Source: a bacterium (lineage in GTDB: Bacteria > UBA8248). Taken from it: 64,000 bases of DNA. The stretch covers positions 1,312,001 through 1,376,000 of the forward strand of contig CBDBZY010000064.1 of the NCBI GenBank assembly GCA_965213685.1, written 5' to 3'. Position numbers and translations under genes: made by a program. Under the pieces are notes generated by a model. It had not been told where the DNA came from. It saw only the letters and a list, made by a program, of their open reading frames with translations, and did no database searches. Of this stretch, positions 32,401 through 44,209 are shown one piece after another (the stretch's first letter is position 1; each line of letters begins with the position of its first letter).

Positions 32401-34784
32401 CTTTCTGTGGCTACCAACAGGCTCTGGTAAATCCATCTGCTATGATGTTCAGCCAGGCCCCTCCCACAAACCGCTTTGTGGTAGGGGCCAGGGTGCGTGG
32501 CTAGTGGGTTAGTATAATTCTTCGCATGCATCCCACGTGGGCAAGGTAAGTGTATGATATTTTTTACGGAGAAAAAAAAACGGAATATGTTGCGCATGCG
32601 CAAACAGCGTGTAGCAGGCCTTCTCCCCGATTTGTGGGAGGGGCCTGGGTATGAGACTAATTAATTTTGTACTCCCAGGTAGTGTGCTGTAACCTTACAA
32701 GTGACAGGTCTTGCATATTCTTTATGCATGTACAACCATAACCAACTTCATCACATATACACAGCAGCAAAACTTCATAGAGAGCTCACACCTAGATAGG
32801 CTTTCAGATAGACTTGAATGTGCATCAGGTCATAGCTTTGTTACAAGTATTATCCTTTTGGCCTAACAATCATTGTTTTGCTAATTGGCATTGTCACAAG
32901 GTGATGGATAGGCAAATAATTGTTGACGCAGGCAGAGAAAGAAAAGAATGGAAGACAAACCACATCCTGCCAGAGCACCAAACCAGGACCCAGTGACTGC
33001 AAGTTCGGTGCACCAAGTGCCAATTAAGCCACTACCTCGGAAAAGTTCATCTCCCCATTCTTTTTTATGTGCAGCCAGTGGTCGTTGACTATTCAGTCAA
33101 CTTCCCACTGACGATCCACTGGCAGCACACAAGGAGATGAACTTTTGTCTGGGATAGTGGGCTTGATACTTGGTGCACTGGGCCCAGGCTCTGTGCTCTG
33201 GATGGGAGGTTGTGTTTCCAATCTTCCTTTCTCCATCTGTGTCAACCAGAATTACTATTTTACCTTTGGAATGATGAAAGGTAGCTCACAATCTCTGGTG
33301 GACCGTCCTTGCATGCAAGGTGCAAGGCACTTGATCCTGCAGTATCCACTAAATTGATGTCATTGGGCTGTAAGTATACAAAGTGTGAAGAATTAAACAT
33401 GAATACATAGAAAATGTTCTTCTACATTTGTTTCCACAATAGCCTGAACACATGGGAGGCTGTTACATGTCACAGCATAATGGAGGGCAGTCCTTCCTTG
33501 CTTGTCACTTATACCCATGTCTGCCTGTGTTAAAGAAGTACTCTTCACTAACATGAGTTACAAAACACTTAACAAACCTTTGCCATCAGTAATCTTTTAG
33601 CATGTCCTGGAAGTTTTGCTAACACAGAAATATGAAGAGGTGTTCTGTACATATTGTCTCTAGTGTTGATACCAAGAAGATCTGATCCATATTTGCAGAG
33701 GTATTCCAGACACCTGTAACCAATTATTGGACTTTAGAGGTTTCTTACATGTGTAGTAGACCCCAAATGAGCATACATGTATGTACATACAAGTCACAGA
33801 CCTGCTAAGCTCACTCAGGTCTGGATGAGTTAGCATGCAGTGCTGTCAAGTAGTAACAAGCTACTTACAACTACCACCTTATAATGGTAGACTCAACTGT
33901 CTTGAACACAGCATGTATTATCATACACCAACCATAATTTGATGCTAGTCTACACACAAGGTCAGTGCAGGCCATTAGTTGTAAAGAGTGTAAATTTGAC
34001 GCTGCAGATTGTCCACTTCCAACATACACTTGTGTTTTTTTTTGATTGAATAAACCTGGTGCCTAAAAAGGCATAGATTACTTGTAATTTTGACTTCCAG
34101 CAGACAAGTGAAATGCAGTGCTTCCATCAGCATCCACAAAATGTGTCTGTGCTCCATTTCTACAAATAATAGCAACAATAGCCATTGTGCACTGAACATT
34201 GTTCCGAAACTTACTTAATGAGTACTTTGACAATATCTTCATATTCATACTTAAGAGCCAGAAGAAGAGAGGTACACCCTGAGGAGTCAGCTGCATTCAC
34301 ATCTGCTCCATAGCGAATTAACAATAGGCAGCACTATGAGAAAAACCATAACTAATGTAAAATCAGAGAGATAGTGCTATCAGTTGTGACAAGAATATGA
34401 TACTTCTATACTTGACCATGATCATTAGTACAAGTGTTTCTTTCAAAGCCAGCCTAGACTATACACAGTATCTAAGACATACCTTTGTCTGTTTTCCAAT
34501 GACAGCATACATGAGGGGAGTACGCCCCATAGCATCAGTGATATTAATGTTTTTCTGTGTTATCCATGTCTTTACTTGAGTTCGTTCACCTACAGCAAAG
34601 GCGTTAAACAAATGGAAGTATGCACAAGATGATTACAGCAATCCAACAACCATAAAGTGCAGCAATGTGGAATTCTGTTGGGTTGCTTGCTGTAAGACCA
34701 AAGTGATCTAACAAATCACCACTGATGCCAAGAGACACTTCTGATGTGGACAGTGTTGCTCTGGAGTCTACTGTCCATGTACTG
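26435..34784 (-). CDS. Ankyrin-repeat protein (ANKRD55/inversin-like, ~7 repeats); 5' end unresolved
   Basis: Phase-consistent GT-AG exons: 34784-34651, 34589-34483 (DAMGRTPLMYAV), 34333-34215, 34159-34082, 33713-33578, 33524-33426 (GRTALHYAV), 33367-33264, 31577-31418 (GCTPLHISV..RTPLHYSIEL), 26479-26435 (GYTDCAHALQTPTD*). Confidence 0.88.
26632..27022. mobile_element. pogo/Tigger-like MITE
   Basis: TA|CTGTATTTCCTCGAATAGACGCC ... GGCGTTTATTCGAGGAAATACGG|TA. Confidence 0.85.
27025..29813 (+). mobile_element. pogo-family DNA transposon, near full length
   Basis: TA|GAGTAAGTTA..TTCGGACA ... TGTCCGAA..TAACTTACTC|TA enclosing the transposase. Confidence 0.9.
27223..29382 (+). pseudogene. pogo transposase: HTH_psq, CENP-B HTH, DDE_1 and C-terminal PHD finger; disrupted
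   Basis: WTEESMERAL..SVRRAALQYALPKSTLHDR; IFNCDESG, LLLLDGHSSH and QPLDV (DDD triad); C-terminal VQCICCELWFHCLCV..FTCINC. Several stops and frameshifts. Confidence 0.9.
30073..31368 (+). mobile_element. Kolobok-like non-autonomous element (TTAA TSD) carrying a nested MITE
   Basis: TTAA|GGGAGGGCGA ... TCGTCCTCCC|TTAA; a second, inverted copy is at 41784-42362. Confidence 0.8.
30108..30720. mobile_element. MITE with AATT TSD (Sola-like); partial copy at ~25155-25265
   Basis: AATT|GTGACCGGATCTGCGAAAACCGACCACCTTGTA ... TACAAGGTGGTCGGTTTTCGCAGATCCGGTCAC|AATT. The empty site is visible in the 42 kb copy of the host element. Confidence 0.9.
31631..32659 (+). mobile_element. AcademH-like non-autonomous element with a RecQ helicase fragment
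   Basis: TAGCCTCATACCCAGG ... CCTGGGTATGAGACTA TIRs; degenerate 9-bp flanks GTTTATTTT/ATTAATTTT; internal LKPEQ..YDGRDVFLWLPTGSGKSICY (~32355-32445). Confidence 0.75.
31735..32203 (+). mobile_element. HINE/DINE (Helentron-associated)-like repeat with (TACA)n, nested in the Academ element
   Basis: Internal ~48-bp direct repeat, (TACA)n at ~32054-32145, and a 3' stem-loop ttgcc..ggcaa followed by TTAA. A similar 3' hairpin ends a repeat at ~48700-48736. Confidence 0.5.
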
Positions 34785-36343
34785 CTGAAAACAAGGATGG
34801 TGCACAATTGGCAGCAATGTAACTAAACGTGTAACTACATATACAGTTTGGACAACTAAAAATTCTAGTTAGAATATGTACAGAGTATTCCACACACACA
34901 TGCAAGCAGTTTCAAGTTGGTCAGGTCCAGAAGTGGGTGTGGCAATTATTAACTATATACAGGCCCGAAAGTGAGAGTGGCAATTACTAATTGTTATGAT
35001 TGTTATGGTGTTAGTGGCTTGCTGGCTGTAGGGGTTGTACCAGGCATCAATGACACGCACTGTAGATATTCAACCTTGTGTCAGTGAGGCTAAGTATGCA
35101 CGCACAGTCACAAAGCACACACATATACATGCACACGTTTCATTAGAACCACTTAGTAGCTTCTTATTGTCTCTTGATGACCAAAAAGCTGCCATCCAAT
35201 GCCTAAGTGCCACCATACCCAGCTGGCAAAGGTATGAGTTTGTCTGCTAGCTATATATTCGTGCAAACTACCCAGTTGAAGTTGAAGGGTAGCTACTGCA
35301 GCCACGTTTTGTAGTGCAAATAGCACTGAAGGCTATACAGCAGGCTAACCCAACTCTTGCACCCAGAGGAGGATGGACACGATTTAATGTCACGTGACAC
35401 AATGCGCAATTCTAATTGCACTCCTATGCCGCGGTAGGCCTTAGGGTGAACCCAACTCGCATAGCTAAAGCTTTATTTGTGAACAACAGGGTGTCAGGAA
35501 GGTAGGAGTACCCATCTTTGCTTTGAACAGATTGAGAAGAGGTTTCTGGGAGTCTTGATTGGTTAACAAGAAACCATGGCTGGCTTCAGTCACTATACAC
35601 GCCATTCAACGCAGAATACTAGAAAAGAGACATAGGGGTTGGGTTCAGATGAGTAGATATTTGATATGTACTCAATGAGGGCTTTCAAATGACATGTCTA
35701 TCTACATGATTGCAGCGGGATAAGGTTCCTTTCCAGGCATCATACTAGATTTTATACGGAGATCTCTATAAGGAAACGTTGTATGTGAGCGTTGGCACGT
35801 GCACCGCAGTTGTGTCATATGAAGCATCACCTTTGCAGCTAGTGGTGGCACTTCGACGTTGAATGGCAGTTTGCAGACAATAAAAAGCTAGCTTGTCAGA
35901 CTAATGAAACGTGTACATGTGTGGGAGTGTTTTTCGTATAAACTAATGCGAACAGCTTGCCTACGGAGAGTATTCGCAACGCAACACGTAATGCCATGAC
36001 GTAAGAGTGAGACCCTGTAATTTCGGATGCGGCTTTTACTCTGCACCTTGCAAGAACTAGTCTCAGCCTCAGACCCTTTCTAATGAGGCCGAGACTAGCA
36101 ACAAAGGTAGCAAAGCCTACTAACACGCGCTTGCTCAGCTTGCACAGCTTGCACAGCTAGTAGCACAGGCAGCACAAGGCAAAGACAGCGGTTTGAGACT
36201 TTTACCGGGGTACAAACCAGTTACACCACGGCAGTCTGGGCTGTATGGGATCACCTCGTGCAGGAAGTACTTAGAGTCCTCGTGCCCTAATTACTTCCTG
36301 CCCTTGGTGTATATCCCATATAGCCCGGACTACCATCGTATAA

Positions 36344-36635
36344 CCAGGAGCCCATAAGCACCACAAAGCGGCGCCAAGGAGCGTCCAACTGCTGAGAACA
36401 GTGATGTCCTAAACGGGAACTTTGACCTCTCTGTCATTGACCATATACAGCAGTAGGAGAACCCACACTACTGTTACACCTGTAGAAGTTGTACACTTTT
36501 GTAGCTTCTGTAGCAGCTGTTACGTAACAAATAAGGCCATAACCTGGCTGCTGTGGTTAGTACATTGCTGTTCCATGCCATCATGCGCTGTTGGATGCTC
36601 CTTGGCACCGCTTCGCAGCGCTTATGGGCTCCTGG
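36344..36635. mobile_element. MITE; minimal hairpin version at ~56261-56318
   Basis: CCAGGAGCCCATAAGC..GCCAAGGAGCGTCCAAC ... GTTGGATGCTCCTTGGC..GCTTATGGGCTCCTGG. Confidence 0.8.
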
Positions 36636-36703
36636 TATAACTAGTACTTGTATCCTGGTAGCACACGAGAACAATGGAAAATTGCGTGGTGTAGAGCCTA
36701 AGT

Positions 36704-36834
36704 AGTACTAGGTGTGAAAAGTAGTGGGCAATATGACTGCGGGTGTGAAAAGTAGCGGGCAATATGACGGTGGGTGTGAAAAGTAGCGGGCAATATGACT
36801 GTCATATTGCCCGCTACTTTTCACACCTAGTACT
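36704..36834. repeat. Three tandem 31-bp units followed by one inverted unit
   Basis: (ggtgtgaaaagtagcgggcaatatgac+4 nt) x3, then gtcatattgcccgctacttttcacacc. Confidence 0.9.
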
Positions 36835-37211
36835 CTAGCCCTAGCCTTGAAGCATATACCTGCGGAAGGTACAGGCCTGAAGGCACTATGTAGTAGAAAC
36901 GGTGACATCAAAGCTGGCTCGAGTCGACAGCTAGGCCTGCGGTGAGGGCAAGCGAGCGGTACGAAAAACGACCCAGACTTTCGCTTACCGAAGTAGTGCA
37001 CAAGGTCTGAGAGGCCCTGGCACTTCTCCACTCACTAAAACAGCTTACAGCCCACTGGGTGCTTTTCACGGTACAAAAACTAAGCCATGTCTTGGTTGGA
37101 AAGCGGCTGCTCCATGCTCCCAGCCTCTCAGACTTTGTGAACTTCTTCCTTGAGCGAAAGTCTGTGCCCTTTTCCGTACCGCTCCCTCGCCCTTGCCGCA
37201 GGCCCCGACTT

Positions 37212-37234
37212 TGACGTCACTGTTTCCTAGCAAC
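37212..37234. promoter_or_regulatory. Candidate promoter: CRE (TGACGTCA) next to an RFX X-box-like motif (GTTTCCTAGCAAC)
   Basis: Adjacent motifs in a CpG-rich patch, upstream (minus strand) of candidate 5' exons at ~36860-37150. Confidence 0.45.
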
Positions 37235-37265
37235 AATCGGGTATCCAGGATACAAGCTACTAGTA

Positions 37266-37526
37266 CACAGCCAAAAATAATTGGGCTCGATTCGATACCG
37301 ACTGCCGTAAGGTATCGAATCGAGGACAATGAGGAGCTCGAATCGAGCACGTAAGGCCCTTACGGCCTCGAACCGACACTGGGGTTACATGTCGATTCGA
37401 GCTGTAAGGCAGACCCCATACAAAAAATACAATGGGACTGCCCCAAATGAACGTACCGATACTTGTCATTCCGTACCGTATCGAGCACGTTTACGTCCTC
37501 GAATCGGGATTCAATTTTTGGCCGTG
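37266..37526. mobile_element. MITE with CAC termini
   Basis: TA|CACAGCCAAAAAT ... ATTTTTGGCCGTG|TA. Confidence 0.7.
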
Positions 37527-38529
37527 TAGCACGCCTACAGGCGGGCCATTCACATATGCACTCCATAATATTGCATAATCCGTTATGCAATATTACTTCG
37601 CCCTATAGCAGGTACTTTTTGGGGGGTAAAATTTTTGTAGTTTTCATGGCTGAGAGGCGAACCACAAATATTTACCCATAAAACAGTACTGCATAGTACA
37701 GGGGTGTGGTTTAGTATACCGTGACCACTGGCCAAAAGTTCACTGCTCACGAAAATTTTTCCCTGCAAAAAATACCTGCTATACAGTATGTAAAAGAGCC
37801 CTGGTAGGCGTGCTACTACTATAACTGAAACAGGTTTAGAGTGATCTACTAACAGAGCTAACATGAGAATCAATTTTGTGGGGGTATGTCTAAACAGTCC
37901 TTATCAGAAACAAAACAGTATTCTGTGTTTACAAAAGACAAAAAGTTAGTTCATCTTCAGTACACTAGTACCAGCACAGACTACTCTTCATCATGGGATT
38001 TTCATTCCTGCCAATGATCATACATATTTGTCCCTTAGCTACACAGATAAGCAGGTGTTCTGGTATAATGTCCTATACACATACCTTGATTGGTGAACAT
38101 TTGCAGCAAGTAGGGTGTTGTGCCCAGGGAATGCGCCAAGAGATTTTGTTGCCATCAGTCTACATCAGTTTGAGTAAATTTGTGAGTTCATAATGGCAGT
38201 ACTTCTAAAAGTACTATGTATATGTATCACAGGTTGGTTCATAATTAATCTATGACACTTTCTGAACCTAGCAAACAGTAGTATAAACAATAAAGCACTA
38301 AGTACTCAATGTACTTATTGAAGATTTTGAGAAATATATGTTCATTACAGCTCAACTTTAATGTTCTCTTACTGTGTTGTCAAACCCTACAGCAAACCTA
38401 TTGTTCAATGTTAACAAAAGACAAAAGGGGGATGTTTTGCAGCAACCCCAAAATCTATACACACAGTAGTACCTACATCTGTTGCTTAATTCCTGCAATA
38501 GTTGGAACACTACTGAGCCTACAGTATTA

Positions 38530-41000
38530 GAGAGTCAGTATACTCTCTATGTAGGGATGGCGCCGTCACCCCCACAGTGTGCATACATTGGAAAGCCTAC
38601 TTAACTCAGAAACATTCGCATTCTAAGCATTTATATTATGGCACCTGAATAGCCCATTCCCTAAGTAGCTAAACAAATTCCTTGACTCTCAGCCAGATAA
38701 TGGCCAAAAAGGTGACCTTGTTTTTCTTTCCTCTTCTTCTTCTCATGAGATTTGTTTCAAACACTTTTCTCAAAACTAATCACCATAATTCGTTCAATGA
38801 TCCACTGTAATCACTACCAAGTATGATGTGCACTAACAGTATCTTCAGCAGAAAGTAGAAGCCCCAGACAACTTCACTATAATTTTTTGGAATCCATTTT
38901 CTAATACTTATCATCATGTGGCGGAAATTGTAAGCACGTGAAGGGTGGCCTCAAAGCCACACCTCTAATTTCTTGATGGCTTGACAAAGGTTACTGTAAT
39001 TCAAGCCCTATGTGTTATGCAATAACGCAGATAATTGCACATGTTTGTGGCAAGCAGTTTCCACAACTACAATGTTCATACTGAGTAAGCGTTGATAACA
39101 TTCCCTATTGCCCATGCATCAATGCATTATGGCATTTGAGCACCATCACTAATACAGTGGGGAAGCTGAGCCTCCCTCCCTCCAAGGACATCCTTAATCT
39201 GAAGTAGCTGCCATTGTATGTGACTCCCCTGTACAACAGTACAGTGATGGTCAAACACACACCTTTCAGACACAAAATCAGTAACTACAGTAGCCCTTGA
39301 AACATTCTAGTGGGAAACAAATTAATAGGCGAGGCCAGCCCTTGAAAAGCTTGGCCTCCATGTTAAACCATTTATCTTGTGGTGTGCATATACACAGTGG
39401 GGTTAATCAGTTCTGTGCCTGTTTATCAGCTCGCATCAAAATCACCCAAGTGTTTCATTTACAGCTCTCCCTGCATGCATTATTTGGGAGAGCGGGAGCG
39501 AGCCCCCCTATCAGGGAGTCGGTAGACTCTCTATGTAGGGATGGCACCGACACGCCCATAGTGCGTGTACATACAAAAGCCTTCTAAACTCCCCCGCGCT
39601 AGCGCTCTAAGCCTATCTAGGCACATAGCTCTCCTATTCTCCACCCAACAATACCACTCAAGTAGCTAGAGTCCATCTGCAGACTTACTGCCAGAGAACG
39701 GCTGAACCGTCGAATTGTTCATCTTTCTTTTTTTGAATTGACCTACGCCCAAACTGGCTAAAGATATCACGGTGGCTTTTGTATGTATGTCCTTCCACAA
39801 GTGGTGGTCCTCAACTTCTTCTTGCTATATACTCCCAGCCCATGACACGTAGCAAAAGCTGTCTGTGGTCACAAGTTTGTTTTTTAGTGCTCGAAGGAAG
39901 TGAACTAGAACAGAATCCTCCATAATGGTGTACTATCGCACAGCAAAAAAATGACACAAACAAGTAAATAAAACATTTTCCAAAAATGTATAGGGGTGTA
40001 GGGACATCATACTACATCTTTTTTTCATGCAAAATGTCGTTTCCCAGTAATCTCAGAGCATAATCAAAGAAATATGTCACGTACAAAAAATGATGTAGGG
40101 TTATTTGTGCAGTGTTTTTATGCCCTGTCTCTACACCTAGTTTCTGTGGCTTTTGGCACTGCCATCCCTACATCCCTATACATTTTTGTTTATTTACTTG
40201 TATATCAGAGAGTCAGTAGACTCTATGTAGGGATGGCTCCGGCCCGCCCATAGTGTGCGTACATTGGAAAGCCGTCTTAACTCGCGAACGCTCGTGTTCT
40301 AAGCCTTTCTGGACACCTAGCTATCCTATTCGAACGTTTCTCTACTCAATGATACCCCCCAAGTAGCTTAAATGTATCCCTAGGCTTACCGGCAGGAAAG
40401 GGGCGAAGTGGTGATTTCTTTTTCCTTCTAATTCTTCTTCTTCTTCTTCTTCTTAAGAGATTTCTTTCAAACGACTTTTCTCGAAACTGGCAGAAGTAAT
40501 CACCGTAGTTCTTTACAGATCAACTGTAATCACTACGGCGTATGATCTGCCTTAACGGCATCTTAGCATCTTCTCAAAAAAGCAGAAACTAGAAGCATGG
40601 ACAACATGCCCATATTTGGGAGCCATTTTCTAATAATTGTCACGTGACACAAATTGCAAGCACGTGAGGGCCGCCCGCCTCGCGCGCTCGCGCTTGCACA
40701 ATTGCTCAAAGCCACGGTCTCCCCAGCACAGAGCAGCCAGTTTCAGCAGTATCTTACTTCACTGTTGTTTCAGAGTTGGACTGTTCGTGTACAGATGGCG
40801 TCGAACAACCAATTGTGCGTGTACATAGGCTTACAAAAGCTTTCTTGGAGCGGACGCTCGTGTTCTCTTCAAGCCCCTCTGAGCACCAAGCGGCATTGTT
40901 CCAGCGACTTTCTACCAAACGGTACGCCCCCAAGATTGCATCACTGAGTTTCACTTCCGAGTAGGAAACGGAATCTTAGCAAACTTTCACAGTGGTGAAC
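38530..41000 (+). repeat. Cluster of one dispersed repeat family (copies ~38530, 39510, 40205, 40770; also ~45440-45930 on - and ~46620)
   Basis: Shared head gagtcagtagactctctatgtagggatggc..catagtgcgt, internal (CTT)n and a GC-rich 3' hairpin. Confidence 0.7.
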
Positions 41001-41199
41001 AGTACTATAATCTGCCGGGTCGTACTTGGAAGCCACTGATACTTCCCAAGGAGCTAACGTCTATATAGGTTTCGAGGGGCTCAGCCCCTTTTCCACAAAC
41101 ACACTAACGTACATGCATACTAAAGGTGTTGGTGCTGAACTTAGAGAGAAACAACCTCCAGCCTGTATGATAGTGTGGTACAACAAAAGGCACACAAAC

Positions 41200-41545
41200 A
41201 AGTATGAAAAACATTTTCCAAAAATGTATAGGGATGTAGGGATGGCAGTGCCAAAAACCACACAAACTAGATATATGGATGGCACTGTGCAGGCAACACA
41301 GAGGACTACACAAGTAACCCCATCCCTACATCATTTTTTTAATAGAACGTGTATCTAAGATTTGTTGTCAGAGTACTGGAAACAGCTTTGGGCGGATAAC
41401 AAAAATAAAAAATGATGTAGGGATGGGGTTACTTGTGTAGTCCTCTGTGTTGCCTGCACAGTGCCATCCATATATCTAGTTTGTGTGGTTTTGGCACTGC
41501 CATCCCTACATCCCTATACATTTTTGGAAAATGTTTTTCATACTT
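41200..41545. mobile_element. Palindromic MITE with ~140-bp arms (family also at ~39940-40200, ~44845-45150, ~48737-49080)
   Basis: 41200-41340 is the reverse complement of ~41407-41545; subrepeats tgtagggatg/catccctaca. Confidence 0.85.
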
Positions 41546-41783
41546 TATATATGTCATCCGGAGATGAAGCTTTTTTTGGCCCCCGGGTGCCCTGCGCTAC
41601 GCACAAACGTAAAGCCGGCTCAATCACATCTGGTTACTTGGGAAAGAGGGCAAACCTAGTGAGCTAGACCTCTACGTGTTACAACCAAGCCTTGGCTCGG
41701 GTATTGCGACTCACAATTCGGACTACCCCTGTTCCTTGCCTCATCAATGCTCAGAGCGCAGCTACCGTTCACTGCATCGTTAA

Positions 41784-42362
41784 GGTAGGATGACCCTAAG
41801 ACATGATTTTGCCTGATTAATGTTTTATTGTATTCCCCTAATGATGCCTGTTAGCAAAATAACGTAGTTTTGCATGATATGTCGGTTCATAGAATTATAA
41901 ATATTAATTTACGCAATATGCATATTGCTAATTATAGAAAAAACATTTGCCAATAACGGCTAATGCTGCAGAGACGAAACTTCGGTGGATGATTACTAAG
42001 CATGTTGGCTATCTAAGTTTGCTTTAAAAATCCATGCTAAATCTTTCTTTCTAGACATATAATCGTTTTCTTCGTGCTGCAGAATTTAGAAAAACGGTAG
42101 CAAATTCTGCCGTAAAGTAGCACGCCAAGCCTCGAGCAACCCATTGCACATAAACTAGTTCACTCCCCTTTGGCGAACATCCACCTCTTCACTGGTTGGC
42201 GCCACACAGTGCCGCACGTCCAACGGTAGTGGGAAATATGAATTTTTTCCCAGCGAATTTGCAACCGCGCCAAAGAATTGCTGTCGTTTTAGCGTTGGTA
42301 AATGTAGGGGGAAAGCGACGGTAGAGTAATTGACGAAGAACGCAATTATGACTCGCCCTCCC
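41784..42362 (-). mobile_element. Second copy of the Kolobok-like element, without the nested MITE
   Basis: TTAA flanks; long near-identity to the reverse complement of 30073-31368. Confidence 0.85.
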
Positions 42363-43503
42363 TTAAAAGGAGCCACAAGGGCCAGCTAGCTTCGGGCTGC
42401 CCAAGCTAGGCGTCTAGGCGGTAATTACTGGTCATGTGACGAGGCAGGGCTAGGGCTAGGGCTAAGGGTAGACTAGGGACTGAGATTCGCTTGTACACAT
42501 CATACAAAGTTGGTGTAAGCTTATCTCACAAGCTGTTTACTACATCTATGATTCCTCTTGATCCCTACAGGCTGAGAATGTCGCCGACTGGGCTTCTGGA
42601 ATACATGCAGTCATGCATCACTTTTTAGCTTATAATTAGCAGGCTATACACACAATTTCTCAGTAAGCATGGACATGCAGTCACTGAGAGGCCAGTCTTA
42701 GGGGATGTATATACAGCTAGTTATCCAACATTGTACTTTGGCTCCTCTTGTGATAGTTATTTCTCTATAAGATCTGCTATTCATTGTAGTGTTAAACCAT
42801 ATCAAACTATCATTCTAGGTAAGTATCTGATTATTGCAGCCTGGTTTGCTTCCGCTCGCCCGCAATGCTCAGCATTCTACTAGTATATGTATGAGGAGGT
42901 CCAAAAGCATATTTACAGCCTTCTTACATGTTGGTTTCTTTCTTACAGTTCTCTCTTTGCAGCTACTTCCATTCAAACACCAGAAAATAGCACATATGCA
43001 GAAAGTAGACAAAGAAATTTCAATGTATGGAGAGCATGTGGCACATGTACATATGTATACAGCTGCAGAACCTGTTCCACAATAGGAAAGGAAGCCATGC
43101 AGTGTGCATTCTGTAAATACTCTAGTGCATCCAAGTGTAAGTCTGGGGTTTCCAGACCCTTCTCACCAGTATTAAGGAAAGTACGAACATTTCATCTATC
43201 GTACTTGGTATAGATTACAGTGGATTTGTGCAAAAGAATTGCTTTCATCAGTTTAGAGAAATGTTTTCTACGAAATCTCACAAGAAGACACTACTATGAA
43301 GTGTGTATTGTGTGTTCACATGTATACATAGTTAGTAGATAATTGACACTACTCTCCACTACTACTGTGACAATAGATAGATATTGCTAGATAGGTAGAG
43401 CAATGATGTTTAAAAAAATACAGTTTAGAAGAGAGATAAGAGATAGCACCAACAGAACGAGGACTGTCTAGCAAGTAAGATGGAGAAGTTGAGGGGGCAT
43501 GAC

Positions 43504-44176
43504 CTGGTCACATGAAAGTAGTCCAGTTGGAAAACATTGCCTAAAGCTCTGGAAAGTGCTACAACATGTCCCACATGTAAGGTAAGCTCCTCTAAACTTA
43601 TTGTGCCCACTTGACTGTTCATCCTAGGTTGTTTAAAACTGTCATCTCATTTTCTGTACTATATCCCCTTTTCTATTTCTGCATCACCTTCTTCCTCCTG
43701 TTCTATCCAGGATGGTTGTACTCAAAGGACAGAATTGATAGTACACAGCACCAGAGACAACAAAGTTTTCAGTTCCATGAATTTCAGCAAAAACACCAAG
43801 ATCCATTAGCCGCTGACCTACATGCTGTTCATTGGTGATAAGTGTGCATGCAGGTGTAGCAAAAGAAAGTTTTTTGACAAACCTTATGTACATGTACGTT
43901 AGTTAAGATAAGTATTTGTTTACCTGTGCACTTTGAACAGAGGAAACTCCTTCCATGTTTTTCATAAACCACTGTACTGCAGCTGCCCCAGTGAATATAC
44001 GTATTCCTGAAGCTAATTCCTGTCATATGGGGTAATCTTGATCACCATGCCATTGGTTATTACAAAACCATATAATTATATAGTATGCACTCCAAACATA
44101 CTTGACAAGGTATCCCAGTCTGTCGGTGTGCTAGAGCTTCAGCATACATAAGTAGTGCTGCAGTTGACTCTGCATC
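43504..44176 (-). CDS. DEP-domain coding exons (internal; no start or stop found)
   Basis: GT-AG exons: 44176-44102 DAESTAALLMYAEALAHRQTGIPCQ; 44019-43924 ELASGIRIFTGAAAVQWFMKNMEGVSSVQSAQ; 43824-43688 HVGQRLMDLGVFAEIHGTENFVVSGAVYYQF. These fit the DEP pattern FxGxxxVxW..A..GQxLxxxG..H..F..YxF. Exon 43623-43504 is tentative. Confidence 0.75.
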
Positions 44177-44209
44177 CTGTAGAATGTGGTTGTATGAATA
44201 TTTATTACA

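Noticed and set aside
32288-32512. Host RecQ helicase gene
   Set aside because: Only a frameshifted motif-I fragment, enclosed in Academ-type TIRs
36400-36480. Hydrophobic 5' exon for the ankyrin gene
   Set aside because: It lies inside the 36344-36635 MITE and has a weak donor; not supportable without RNA data
36704-36834. CRISPR-like 27-bp repeats
   Set aside because: Spacers are only 4 nt and the last unit is inverted
42446-42478. Telomeric repeat
   Set aside because: Short, degenerate TAGGGC units; similar ones at ~6915-7010 look like TE subterminal repeats
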